Below, piece by piece: positions 8,957-18,901 of a stretch of DNA of 64,000 bases. The DNA comes from an uncultured Gemmatimonadaceae bacterium (lineage in GTDB: Bacteria; Gemmatimonadota; Gemmatimonadetes; Gemmatimonadales; Gemmatimonadaceae). A program made the position numbers and the translations under genes. Location: assembly GCA_963822945.1 (NCBI GenBank), contig CAWGJO010000021.1:1-64000 (forward strand), written 5' to 3'. Position 1 is the stretch's first letter. Every line of letters starts with the position of its first letter. A model generated the notes under the pieces. The model was given only the letters and a program-made list of their open reading frames with translations. It did no database searches and had not been told where the DNA came from.

Positions 8957-11900
8957 TGATCCGCTTGAAGTATTCGAGGATGGCGCGCCGTTCGTCGGCC
9001 GAGAGCCCGCGGAGTTCGTCCCACGTGGGTTCGCGATACTTCACCGCGCTCTTGCCGGCGGCAGGCGCGGTGCCCGGGGCGAACAGCTTCGGATTCACGG
9101 CCGACTGCGCTTCGCGTTTACCCGAATCATCGCGCTCGTCCTTCTGCAGCGAGCGGCCGGCGTCGAGCATATGCCGCAGGAGCTGTTCCTGACGCGCCAC
9201 GGTGGCAGCGTCCACGCGCCCCTGCTCGAGCGCATCGGCCACGGCGCGCGCTTCCTTGGACAGCTGCGCCGCCCGGTCGCCACCCGCCGCGTCGCTCAGG
9301 TCGTCGAGCTGCTGGGCGAGGCGGCGCTCCTGGTTGGCGAGCATGCGCGCCGTGGCCTGCGCCTCGGCCGACATCTGGCCCTGTCCCGGCAGCGGCATCA
9401 GCCCCTGCGCCTGCGCGTTGATCGATCCCTGCTTCCTGGCCGCTTCCTGCAACTGCTGCAGCATCTCGGCGAACCCGGAAGCCGAGCTGGCCATGTTCGC
9501 CCGCTGGCGATCGCGGGCCAGCGCGGCAGCCGCGCGGTTCAACGCGTCCGCGGCGTCGCCCATCGCGCTCGGCGTGCGCACCGCGTTCCGCGGGTCGGCG
9601 GCCAGCTTGGTGGCTGCCGCCACCTTCTGCGCCGCGTCGCTCACTGCGCGCTGCGCGCGCCCCGACAGCAGCGTGGTCTTCTGCGCCTGCTCCTGCAGCC
9701 GCTGCTGCGTCTGCTGCACGCCCTGATCCACGGCGCTCTGGTCGCCGCGCAGCTGCTCGGGCGTCGCCTGCCCCGTGCGCGCCTGCTGCTCCATGCGCGT
9801 TTCCTGCCGCGACATCTGCAGCAGTTCCTGCACCGCGCGGTCGATCTCGGCGGTCAGTTCGTTCTTCCACTCGGCCACCTGTTGGTCGCGCGCCTGCTGC
9901 ATCGCCTTGGCGGCGCGTTGCATCTCGGCCGCCGCGGTGTTCGCGTCGGCGCGCTGGCGCATGGACTGCTCGGACGCGCGGGCGAAGGTATGCGCCTCGT
10001 CGGTGTTCCGGGCGCCCGCGTTGGCGTTGTTGTCGGCGAGCTTCTGCTGGAGCTGCTGAATGGCCTTGGACAGCAGGTCGGAACGGTCGGCGAGGCGGCG
10101 CTCGGCCGCGGTCTGCGGTTCACGGGGCACCGTCGACCGTGCACTGTCCACTCTCGACTTGTCGTTCCGCTGCTTCCCCATCCCGGCACTATCCGCCGCC
10201 TGCCGGCTGCTATCCGCCGACGACCGACTGCCCTTTGCCAACGAATCCTCGGCCGACGCAATGTCCTTCGCCTCGTCGTGCAGCGTCTGCATCGCCCCTT
10301 CGAACGCCGCCCGCTGCAGCATCTTGGCGCTCTTCTCCAACTGCTCGCGCAATTGCTTCTGCAGCTGCGCGAGATTGGCCAGCGAGCGGTCCGCCTGATC
10401 GGCGCTCAACTGATTCGCGGCCGATTGCAGCTTGCGCATCTCGTCGAGCAGCTGCGGCGTGAGCGCGTCGCGCAGCATCTGCTGGGCCTCGCGCAACTGC
10501 CGCGACAGCGAGCTGTCCATGGCGCCCGCGCGGTTGAGTTGGTCGCGCAGCTGCGCTGCTGCCTGCTGCAGCTTGGTCACGCGGTCGGCCAGATCCTGCT
10601 GCTCCCTGGCCAGCGCCTTGGCCTTCTCCGCCGACTCGTAGCTGAGCGTGTTCGCGTTCTGCCCGCGCGCCGCGGGATTGCGCGCACGCTGCCGATCGTC
10701 CACCGGATGATTCATCCGCTCGCGCGACATCTCGCTGGTGCGCTGCTGCAGACTCTGCTCGGCGGTGGCCGCGCGCTGCACGGCCTCGACGGTGGAGTCG
10801 GCGGCGGCCCGCGCCATCTGACGCCGCTCGTCCATGCTCGGCACCTTGAGCAGCAGTTCGCGGCTCGTTCCCCGCTGCGCCCACGGGGAGTTGTCCACCG
10901 CCGAGAGGCTCACGTGCAGGGCGTCACCGGGGTTGAGGTGTTGCGCCGACAGATCGATCACGGCCGAGCCACCCCACGCCGGTCCCTGATTCACGGCCAG
11001 CCGCTGTGTGCGCTCGGTCCGCGTGCCGCCGGGCCCCGGGCGCCACAGGTGCAGGTCGACTGCGGCCAGACCATGGTCGTCGGAGGCGGCGCCCTGCACC
11101 GTCACCGTGTCGAGCGCCGCGACGAGCGTATCGGCCAGCGGGGCCAGAATGTCGACGCGCGGCGCCGAGTCGGGAACGACGGTGACCTCGACGGGGGCGG
11201 GCAGTTCCTCCACGACGGCGTCGGCGCCGCGTGCGAACCACGACCAGGTGCCCGAGACCGCCGGTGTGAACCGCCCGTCGAAGGCGCGTTGATCGGCCCG
11301 GAGCGCCACCGAATCGCGGTCGCGCACGAGCCCCACCGCCACCAGCGGGGTGGACGCGCGTCCCGTGAACGCGATGGCCGTGCCCCGCGGGATCACGACG
11401 GCTTCGCCCACCGGCAGCGTCTCGGCCGGCCGGTCGAGATACGCCGGATAGACGGCGCGCATGGTGATGGCGCCCACGAACGGGCGGTCGGTGACGCGCA
11501 CCGTGGCCGTATCGCTATGCGTGCGGCCGTCGCCGACCACCAGGCTGAGGTCGCCGCGCAGAGGACCGAGCGTGACGGCGGCCAGGCCGGTGATTGGCGA
11601 GACGTCGAGTGCGCGCGCCGACCACCCCTCGCCCGTGGTGCGGTCCTGGAGTTGGACGTGCACGCGTCCCGGCGCGGCGACGATCACGCGCACCGTGTCG
11701 CCGCGCATCACCGTTGCGGGCAGGTGGTCGAACCCCAGCGGCGCGAGCAGCGTGCCGCGCCAGGCACTCACCGGACGCAGAATGGCCAGCAGGCCGTCGC
11801 TGCCCAGCGGCGCCACCACGGCCAGCAGCACCACCGTGATCAACGCGCCGCCGGCAATCTGCAGCGCGCGGCGGCGGGCCCGCGCCCGTAACTGCGGCGC

Positions 11901-12293
11901 CAGCGCGTCGCCGTGCTGGCGCAGCGACTCGGCGAGCAACTCGGCGGCCCGGCGCCCGAACGCGCCCGTGCCGGCCACCTCGATGGCGCCGCGCAACGCG
12001 CCGGCCCGCAGCGAGCGCTCGCGCTCGATGGCGGCGGCGATCCCGGCACGCGACGTGTGCGCCGCGAGCCGGCGGCGCGTGGCAAATGCCACCGCCCCGA
12101 GCCCGAGCGCGGCCAGGCCCCAGATGGCCAGCGGCAGGGCGCGCGGGAGCGACAGCCACCGCGCGTGTCCGAGCAGGAGCACGCCGGCCGCGAACAGGCC
12201 GCACGCCACGGCCACGGCCAGCGCCGCGCCCGACGCCAGTTCGAGCCACCGGGCGCGCGTTCGCTCGCGCTCCACCAGCTCGACGATCGTCAC
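8934..12293 (-). CDS. Large membrane-anchored coiled-coil protein (DUF4175-like)
   Basis: N-terminal TM helices, YPAY, ASDDHGL Ig-like region, long Q/A/E-rich coiled coil, C-terminal ILEYFKRIN. Confidence 0.7.
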   Translation of the reverse strand: MTIVELVERERTRARWLELASGAALAVAVACGLFAAGVLLLGHARWLSLPRALPLAIWGLAALGLGAVAFATRRRLAAHTSRAGIAAAIERERSLRAGALRGAIEVAGTGAFGRRAAELLAESLRQHGDALAPQLRARARRRALQIAGGALITVVLLAVVAPLGSDGLLAILRPVSAWRGTLLAPLGFDHLPATVMRGDTVRVIVAAPGRVHVQLQDRTTGEGWSARALDVSPITGLAAVTLGPLRGDLSLVVGDGRTHSDTATVRVTDRPFVGAITMRAVYPAYLDRPAETLPVGEAVVIPRGTAIAFTGRASTPLVAVGLVRDRDSVALRADQRAFDGRFTPAVSGTWSWFARGADAVVEELPAPVEVTVVPDSAPRVDILAPLADTLVAALDTVTVQGAASDDHGLAAVDLHLWRPGPGGTRTERTQRLAVNQGPAWGGSAVIDLSAQHLNPGDALHVSLSAVDNSPWAQRGTSRELLLKVPSMDERRQMARAAADSTVEAVQRAATAEQSLQQRTSEMSRERMNHPVDDRQRARNPAARGQNANTLSYESAEKAKALAREQQDLADRVTKLQQAAAQLRDQLNRAGAMDSSLSRQLREAQQMLRDALTPQLLDEMRKLQSAANQLSADQADRSLANLAQLQKQLREQLEKSAKMLQRAAFEGAMQTLHDEAKDIASAEDSLAKGSRSSADSSRQAADSAGMGKQRNDKSRVDSARSTVPREPQTAAERRLADRSDLLSKAIQQLQQKLADNNANAGARNTDEAHTFARASEQSMRQRADANTAAAEMQRAAKAMQQARDQQVAEWKNELTAEIDRAVQELLQMSRQETRMEQQARTGQATPEQLRGDQSAVDQGVQQTQQRLQEQAQKTTLLSGRAQRAVSDAAQKVAAATKLAADPRNAVRTPSAMGDAADALNRAAAALARDRQRANMASSASGFAEMLQQLQEAARKQGSINAQAQGLMPLPGQGQMSAEAQATARMLANQERRLAQQLDDLSDAAGGDRAAQLSKEARAVADALEQGRVDAATVARQEQLLRHMLDAGRSLQKDERDDSGKREAQSAVNPKLFAPGTAPAAGKSAVKYREPTWDELRGLSADERRAILEYFKRINGGGSHP

Positions 12294-13048
12294 GGCACGG
12301 GCCGGCTGGTGACCGCGTACACGAACAGATTCACGCCCATGCGCAGCGCCGCTTCATGCAGCGCCGGTGGATCGTGGTACACGTCGGGATCCTCCCACCC
12401 GTTGCCCAGATCGCTGGAGAACGAGTAGTACACCGCCAGCCGCCCGCCCAGGAAGATGCCGAAGCCGCGCGCCGGCAGCCCGTCGTGCACGTGGATCTTG
12501 GGCAGCCCTTTTGGAAAGTCGTATACGATGTGGTAGATGGGGTGCGACAGCGGCACGTCCACCAGGGGGCGATTCGGGAACACGCGCTTGATCTCGCGCC
12601 GGAAGTAGGGATCGAGCCCATAGTTGTCGTCCACGTGCAGGAAGCCGCCGCGCTCCAGGTACTCGCGCAGGCGCACGATCTCGGCGTCCGAGAAGTGGAT
12701 GTTGCCGTGCCCCGTGACGTGGATGAACGGATAGTCGAACAGCTTGTCGTCCATCAGCGTCACGCGCGCTTCGGTGCGATCGACTTTCAACGTGGTGCGC
12801 TCGCGGATGGCTTCGAGCAGGTTGGGCAGGCTGGACGGATTGGCGTACCAGTCGCCGCCCCCCTCGTACTGCAGCCGCGCGATGGTGAGGTGCGGCGCCG
12901 TGGCTCCGGCGTCCGCCGGCGGCAGCGAGACCGACGGCCGCGCGCCGGACAGCGCCATCGCGGCGAGTGCAGCCGCGAGCGACGTGACCATCCGCCGCGC
13001 GCGCCCGGGGGCCGGCCCCCGACCGCCACCTGCCGGCCGCATCTTCAT
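12290..13048 (-). CDS. DUF4159 domain protein
   Basis: YEGGGDWYANPSSLPNL, YPFIHVTGHG, GGFLHVDDNYG, DLGNGWED, ALRMGVN; the start may be about 12991. Confidence 0.85.
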   Translation of the reverse strand: MKMRPAGGGRGPAPGRARRMVTSLAAALAAMALSGARPSVSLPPADAGATAPHLTIARLQYEGGGDWYANPSSLPNLLEAIRERTTLKVDRTEARVTLMDDKLFDYPFIHVTGHGNIHFSDAEIVRLREYLERGGFLHVDDNYGLDPYFRREIKRVFPNRPLVDVPLSHPIYHIVYDFPKGLPKIHVHDGLPARGFGIFLGGRLAVYYSFSSDLGNGWEDPDVYHDPPALHEAALRMGVNLFVYAVTSRPVP

Positions 13049-13902
13049 TCCGCGTCCCGCGCCACGCGGTACGACAGATTGCGCGCGGCGTTGAACTCGC
13101 GGGCCAGCTCGGCGGCCGTGTCGCGCACCGAGTACCCCTGCGCCCGCAGGTCGCGCGCCCGTTCCCGCAGCGCCGATTCGTCGAGCACGGGGGCCGGAGC
13201 GCCGGCGATCACGATCACGACTTCCCCCCTGGGTGGCGTCTCCGAATAGTAGGCCACCAACTCGGCGAGCGTTCCCCGGCGCAGCTCCTCGTGGAGCTTG
13301 GTCAGTTCCCGCGCCACGGCCGCCGGGCGGTCGTCGCCGGCCCGCTCGGCCACCGCGGAGAGCGTGTCGACCACGCGGCCGGGCGCCTCGTAGAGCACCG
13401 ACGTGAAGGGCGACTGCGCCACGGCCACCAGCCGCGGCGCCCGATCGGCGCCCCCGCGCGGCAGGAATCCGTAGAACGTGAACGGCTCGGCAGAGAACCC
13501 CGAGGCGACGAGGGCGGCGAGCAGCGCCGACGCCCCGGGCACCGGCACCACCTCGAGGCCGGCCTCGATGGCGGCCCGCACCAGCCGCGCGCCGGGGTCG
13601 GACACGAGCGGTGTGCCGGCGTCGCTCACCAGGGCGAGGTCGTCGCCCGCCTGCAGCCGCTCGATAAGGCGCGGCGTCTGCCTGGCCTCGTTGTGTTCGT
13701 GGTACGGTTGCATCGGCGTGAGGATGTCGTACCGGTCGAGCAGGTGTCGCGTGTGTCGCGTGTCCTCGGCGAGCACGAGCGCCGAGTGGCGCAGCGTTTC
13801 CACCCCCCGAAAAGAAAAATCCCCCATGTTGCCGATGGGGGTGCTGACCACGTACAGGCGGCCCGGCGTCGTGCCGCCTGCCCCGTCGCCGGGGCGCGTC
13901 AC
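13045..13902 (-). CDS. rsmI: 16S rRNA (cytidine1402-2'-O)-methyltransferase
   Basis: LYVVSTPIGN, AEDTRHT, VSDAGTPLVSDPG, ARELTKLHEE; GTG start overlaps the upstream TGA. Confidence 0.95.
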   Translation of the reverse strand: MTRPGDGAGGTTPGRLYVVSTPIGNMGDFSFRGVETLRHSALVLAEDTRHTRHLLDRYDILTPMQPYHEHNEARQTPRLIERLQAGDDLALVSDAGTPLVSDPGARLVRAAIEAGLEVVPVPGASALLAALVASGFSAEPFTFYGFLPRGGADRAPRLVAVAQSPFTSVLYEAPGRVVDTLSAVAERAGDDRPAAVARELTKLHEELRRGTLAELVAYYSETPPRGEVVIVIAGAPAPVLDESALRERARDLRAQGYSVRDTAAELAREFNAARNLSYRVARDAE

Positions 13903-14876
13903 AGCACTTTCCATGGGAGCAGGGCGTAGAGTCCGGCCGACTGGAACATGTGCCGCCGGCCCCACGTGAGGTCGTGCAGCACCGCGCCCGGCGAGGTGGC
14001 CTCGTGATCGGCGGCGGCGAAGAGGAATTCCTTGAGCCACGCGCCCACGGCCGCCGTCAACCGTGCCGTGTCCATGATCACGTCGTCGGGACGCTGGTCG
14101 TTGAACGTGAACCCCGTGAGCACCGGATGCTCGGGAAGCAGGTTCTGCCGCGCCTGCTCCGCCAGCACGGGTGCGCTGGTGCGGCCGTCGGCCGTGAACC
14201 GCTCCACCACCCCGGTCACCAGGTCGCGGTAGGCCTGCACGAGCGCGGGCGGCGCCTGGACGGGCAGCGGGTCGAGCCCCGACCAGCGCAGCACCTGGGT
14301 GCCCTCCGCCTTTCCTTCCCGGGCGAACATCTTGGCCACGCGGTCGGCCGTGGTGCCGTGGTGCGTGGTGGAGAGGAAGGCCCGCTCCACGGCGCCGTCG
14401 GCGAACACCAGGTAGTTCATGGTGCCGTCGGCGATGATCTCGGCAAAGCCGTCGAACGCCATGGCGTCCAGATAGGGAAACAGCTCGGCGGGATCGCTCA
14501 CCTTCATGCCCGACGGCCAGGGCTCGTCGGGCCGGGACTGCGAGGCGTACATGCACGCCAACTGCTGCTCGTCGGCTTCGTGGAAGCAGATGTCGCCGTA
14601 CTCCGGGTCCGCGGGCAGGTGCTCGAGTGCCGTGGTGATGCTGGCGGCGCGGCCGCCCGCGGCATTCATGATGGTGGCGTTCACCACCTCGCCGCGCAGC
14701 AGGTAGAAGATGACGAGTTCGTCGATCAGCCAGATGGCCACGTAGCCCGACACGCGCGCCGACCGATCGCGCTTGGCGTCGGAGAGCAGGTTGCGCACGT
14801 GGATGTACGCAAGGCGCGTGCGCGGCAAGAGCACGCGCAGATACGGAAAGCGGAGAGCGGCGACGGTGGACGGCAT
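13899..14876 (-). CDS. Hypothetical protein (325 aa)
   Basis: Clean ORF with normal protein composition, translationally coupled to rsmI. Confidence 0.7.
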   Translation of the reverse strand: MPSTVAALRFPYLRVLLPRTRLAYIHVRNLLSDAKRDRSARVSGYVAIWLIDELVIFYLLRGEVVNATIMNAAGGRAASITTALEHLPADPEYGDICFHEADEQQLACMYASQSRPDEPWPSGMKVSDPAELFPYLDAMAFDGFAEIIADGTMNYLVFADGAVERAFLSTTHHGTTADRVAKMFAREGKAEGTQVLRWSGLDPLPVQAPPALVQAYRDLVTGVVERFTADGRTSAPVLAEQARQNLLPEHPVLTGFTFNDQRPDDVIMDTARLTAAVGAWLKEFLFAAADHEATSPGAVLHDLTWGRRHMFQSAGLYALLPWKVL

Positions 14877-14946
14877 CCAGCGGGAGCGGTGAGGCCGTGA
14901 AGGCGAGGCGGTAATCCGGGCGGCTGGTGCGGGCCGACCGGCCGGG

Positions 14947-14986
14947 AAACGAAACGCCCGGAAGGCCGACGTTGGCCTTCCAGGCG
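14947..14986 (-). terminator. Probable intrinsic terminator after trxA
   Basis: Stem 14955-14967 / 14974-14986 followed on the minus strand by UUUCGUUU. Confidence 0.55.
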
Positions 14987-15023
14987 AAACATGACGCCGC
15001 CACGAGGCGGTCGCAATACGGAA

Positions 15024-15350
<327 letters not shown>

Positions 15351-15432
15351 CCCATTCTCCCCGGGGCGGGCCTGCTGGGCCCGCCTCCCATCATTATGTT
15401 AATAGCGCCCACGCCTAGTTGGAGCGCTTGCC

Positions 15433-15843
15433 ATGTCCGCATCTCCGCCGCGCGGCACCCGCATTGCCCACATCGGGATTGCCGTGCCCGCGCTCGACGC
15501 GATCCTTCCCCTGTACCGTGACATCCTCGGCATGCCCGAGGTCCCGCTGGACGACGCCGACGGCGCCCGCATTGCGGGCGTGGCGGCCGGCGAGTCGCTG
15601 GTCGAACTGCTCGAGGCCAAGGAAACCGATTCTCCGATCGGAAAGTTCCTCGCCAAACGCGGCGCCGGCATCCACCACGTGTGCTTTGCGGTGGACGACC
15701 TTGACGGCACGTTGGCGCGGTGCCGGGACGCCGGCCTGCGGCTCATCGACCAGGTGCCCCGCATCGGCGCGGAAGGCAAACGCATCGCCTTCCTGCATCC
15801 GGCATCGACGGGCGGCGTACTGGTGGAGTTGAGTGAACATTGA
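15433..15843 (+). CDS. mce: Methylmalonyl-CoA epimerase
   Basis: IAHIGIAV, IGKFLAKRGAGIHHVCF, FLHPASTGGVLVEL. Confidence 0.92.
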   Translation: MSASPPRGTRIAHIGIAVPALDAILPLYRDILGMPEVPLDDADGARIAGVAAGESLVELLEAKETDSPIGKFLAKRGAGIHHVCFAVDDLDGTLARCRDAGLRLIDQVPRIGAEGKRIAFLHPASTGGVLVELSEH

Positions 15844-15856
15844 GCCGTGACGCCCG

Positions 15857-16330
15857 TCACTTCGCGCCGCAGAAGTCCTGAAAATCCGTGAAGTTGACCA
15901 CGGAATACACGTAGAAGCGCCCGTCGGTGGCCCGGCCGACGTCGAACTGGCCGACGTGCGACAGCCCCTTGTACTTCAACTGCACCGAATACGTGCGCCC
16001 GCCGTTCATCCCCGGCGCATTGCTGAGCACCGTGTACGAGTCGTGATGCAGATAGCAGAGCATCGTCAACTCGCGCTCCTGCAGCACATCGGAACTCAGT
16101 CGGTTGCGAGCGGGCCCGTTGGGCGTCCCCCAGATGGCGCCCAGCGCCTGAAGATCCTGGGCTTTGATCGCGGCCATGAAGGCGTCGATCGCCGCAGGCG
16201 ACGTCGCGGCCCCGGTGACGCTGCCGGTGGGCATCGTCGGCCCGGGCGGATTCGAAGCCATCGTCGCTCCCGAGCGACACCCCACCGCGAGCACCAATCC
16301 GATGATTAACTTCCTCACGCGTCTCTCCAC
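15857..16330 (-). CDS. Hypothetical lipoprotein
   Basis: Lipobox LAVGC after a short hydrophobic stretch. Confidence 0.65.
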   Translation of the reverse strand: MERRVRKLIIGLVLAVGCRSGATMASNPPGPTMPTGSVTGAATSPAAIDAFMAAIKAQDLQALGAIWGTPNGPARNRLSSDVLQERELTMLCYLHHDSYTVLSNAPGMNGGRTYSVQLKYKGLSHVGQFDVGRATDGRFYVYSVVNFTDFQDFCGAK

Positions 16331-16358
16331 CTGGGTCTTGCAGCGAACCTAACGGGCC

Positions 16359-17123
16359 GTGACCATGCGAGCAACAGACGACGCCGGCGCGGCCGCGCGG
16401 CGCCAGCGCCTCTATATCAACATCGATCACGTGGCCACGCTCCGGCAGGCCCGACGCGGCGAGGACCCGGATCCGTTCGCCGCCGCGCTGCTGTGCGAAC
16501 GCGCCGGCGCCGACGGCATCACGGCGCATCTGCGCGAGGATCGCCGGCACATTCAGGACGCCGACGTCGCGCGCATCCGCGCCGGAATCCAGACGGTCTT
16601 CAATCTCGAAATGGCCTGCACCGAGGAGATGCTCGCCATCGCCGAACGCCTCCATCCGCATCAGGCCACGCTCGTGCCCGAGAAGCGCGAGGAGATCACC
16701 ACGGAAGGCGGCCTCGACGTCCGCCGCGACAACCGGCGGTTGGCCAACGGCATCGAGCGGCTCAACCGGGCGGGCATCCGATCGAGCCTGTTCATCGATC
16801 CCGATGAGGACGCCGTGCGGCGGTCGCACGCCCTCGGCGCCAACGCCGTGGAACTGCACACCGGCACGTATGCCAACCGACCGGACGACTCGGCGCCCCT
16901 GCGCGCCCTGGCCCGGGCGGCGGAGTTGGGCGCGTCGCTGGGACTGGCCATTCACGCCGGCCACGGCCTGAACGTGGCCAACGTCGCGCGCGTGGCAGCG
17001 ATCCCGACATGCGAGGAACTGAACATCGGCCACGCCATCATCGGCCGTGCGTTGTTCGTCGGGCTCGCCGAGGCCGTCGCGGAGATGCGGCGGGCAATGG
17101 ACGCCGCACGCCGGTGGTCCTAA
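16359..17123 (+). CDS. pdxJ: Pyridoxine 5'-phosphate synthase
   Basis: NIDHVATLRQAR, HLREDRRHIQD, TTEGGLD, HAGHGL, ELNIGH. Confidence 0.97.
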   Translation: MTMRATDDAGAAARRQRLYINIDHVATLRQARRGEDPDPFAAALLCERAGADGITAHLREDRRHIQDADVARIRAGIQTVFNLEMACTEEMLAIAERLHPHQATLVPEKREEITTEGGLDVRRDNRRLANGIERLNRAGIRSSLFIDPDEDAVRRSHALGANAVELHTGTYANRPDDSAPLRALARAAELGASLGLAIHAGHGLNVANVARVAAIPTCEELNIGHAIIGRALFVGLAEAVAEMRRAMDAARRWS

Positions 17124-17155
17124 CTTCGGAACGCGGCATTCTCAATGGAGCGGGC

Positions 17156-18898
17156 ATGACGGCGGCAGGTGGATTCATCGACTTTTTCGTCCTGGAAGCG
17201 AGTGAGTACATCGAGAAGCTCGATGGGCTCATCCTGCAGGCATCTCAGGACTCGCCGCCGGATGGGGAATCCATGCAGCGGACCGCGCGCGCCCTTCGGG
17301 GGGCGGCGACGATGGCCAAGCTGCCCGCGTTCGCCGAACTGGCCGCGGCCATCGAGGGCATCGGCCGCGCCACGCGCGACGGCGTGCTCGACTGGAACCC
17401 CGCGCTGCGCGCCGCGATGGTGTCGGCCATCGACGACTGCAAGATCCTCGTCCGGGCCGCGCGCACATGGGGCGCCGCCGAATCCCAGCGCGCCGAGTCG
17501 CGCAAACGCGAACTGGCCACCTTCGCGCCGCCGCCGAGACGCAGCGGTGCCGTGGCCGCGATCCCCACCCCCCCGGCCTATCTGGTGGGCGAGTGCAACA
17601 ACATCGCCGCCGGCCTCGACCTGCTCGCGGCGCGTCCGGACAACCGCCCGGGCGTGGGCGTGGTGCTCAGCCGCGTGCGCGCGTTGCGCGGCGTGGCCGG
17701 CATCAAGGACATGCCCCCGCTGGCCGAGGTCGTGGAGGCCGCGGAGGACGCCGCGCATCCGTTGGAGCTGGGTGAGCCCCGGCTGTCGCCGGCCCACGTC
17801 GAAGTGCTGCGCACCGCGGCCGCGATGCTGCGCCGCATTGCCGGCGCCCTGCGCGAGGGACGGCCGACCAGCGAACCGTCCGCCGAGTACGAACAGTTCG
17901 TGGCGGCGTCCGAGGCCTTGGAGAACGTCGACCGACAGGCGACGCACATCGTGCCCGTTGCCTCGCTCTTCTTCGACGACGACGGTCCGCACGTGGTGTC
18001 GGCGGCCGCCAACCCTCCCACCACCCCCAAGCAGCGGTTCCGCATGGAGGTGACGAGCCTGGCCGAATTCCTGACCGGGACCGTGGCTGCCGTGCGGTCC
18101 ACGGAAGATCCGCAGTTGCGCGAGCGCTCGCGCCGCGACCTGCGCCGCGGCCTCCGCGCCATCAAACAGGCGGCGGAGAGCTTCAACCAGCAGGCGGTGG
18201 TGGACCTCATCGTGAGGCACGCCAACGTCACCGACACCTTGGACGAGCGCGCGCTGGCCACGGTGGAGCGCATCGTGCAGACCGTCGCGTTCCCCGACGC
18301 GCCCGTTTCGTCGTCGGCGCCCACGCCGTTCATGGCGATGCCGGCCATCCCGAAGCGTCCGTCCACCCCGGTCGCACCGCTCACGCCGCCGCAGAGCGCG
18401 CCGCCGGCGCGCGCCACGCCCGTGCGGCCCACGCCGGTCACGCCGGCACCGGTGCGCGCCACTCCCGTCCGCCCGACCCCGGCCACGCCGACGCCGGTGC
18501 GCGCCACCCCCGTGCGCCCCACGCCGGTAACGCCAACACCAGTGCGCGCCACCCCCGTGCGCCCGACCCCGGTCACGCCCACGCCAGTACGCGCCACGCC
18601 AGTACGCGCCACGCCAGTACGCGCCACGCCGGTGCGCCCCACGCCCACCGCCGTCGGTGCTACGGCGTCGCTCGACGAAGGCATTGCCGCCCTCGACGCG
18701 TTCACCGCGCAGCCGTTCGCCGAACCGGCGGATCTGGGCGACCAGGTGGTGCCCGTGGATGCGCTGGTGTACCGCGGCCGAGCCGCCGTGGAGCGCGCCA
18801 TCGAACTGCGCGAGCAGCTGCGCGAGGCGGGCGATCCCCCGGACCCCGAGCTGCTCCGCGAACTGTTCGAAGTCCTCGACTTCGCCCTCGAGGAGTAG
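17156..18898 (+). CDS. Protein with tandem Hpt-like domains lacking the catalytic His, plus a Pro/Thr-rich repeat linker
   Basis: FIDFFVLEASEYIEKLD...TARALRGAATMA (the canonical motif is AHxLKG); a second copy VRALRGVAG; an xTPVR repeat region. Confidence 0.7.
   Translation: MTAAGGFIDFFVLEASEYIEKLDGLILQASQDSPPDGESMQRTARALRGAATMAKLPAFAELAAAIEGIGRATRDGVLDWNPALRAAMVSAIDDCKILVRAARTWGAAESQRAESRKRELATFAPPPRRSGAVAAIPTPPAYLVGECNNIAAGLDLLAARPDNRPGVGVVLSRVRALRGVAGIKDMPPLAEVVEAAEDAAHPLELGEPRLSPAHVEVLRTAAAMLRRIAGALREGRPTSEPSAEYEQFVAASEALENVDRQATHIVPVASLFFDDDGPHVVSAAANPPTTPKQRFRMEVTSLAEFLTGTVAAVRSTEDPQLRERSRRDLRRGLRAIKQAAESFNQQAVVDLIVRHANVTDTLDERALATVERIVQTVAFPDAPVSSSAPTPFMAMPAIPKRPSTPVAPLTPPQSAPPARATPVRPTPVTPAPVRATPVRPTPATPTPVRATPVRPTPVTPTPVRATPVRPTPVTPTPVRATPVRATPVRATPVRPTPTAVGATASLDEGIAALDAFTAQPFAEPADLGDQVVPVDALVYRGRAAVERAIELREQLREAGDPPDPELLRELFEVLDFALEE
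18413..18649 (+). repeat. Coding tandem repeat, 15 x 15 nt, encoding ATPVR/PTPVT/PTPVR
   Basis: Visible pentapeptide repeats with a higher-order 45-nt unit. Confidence 0.9.
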
Positions 18899-18901
18899 TC
18901 C

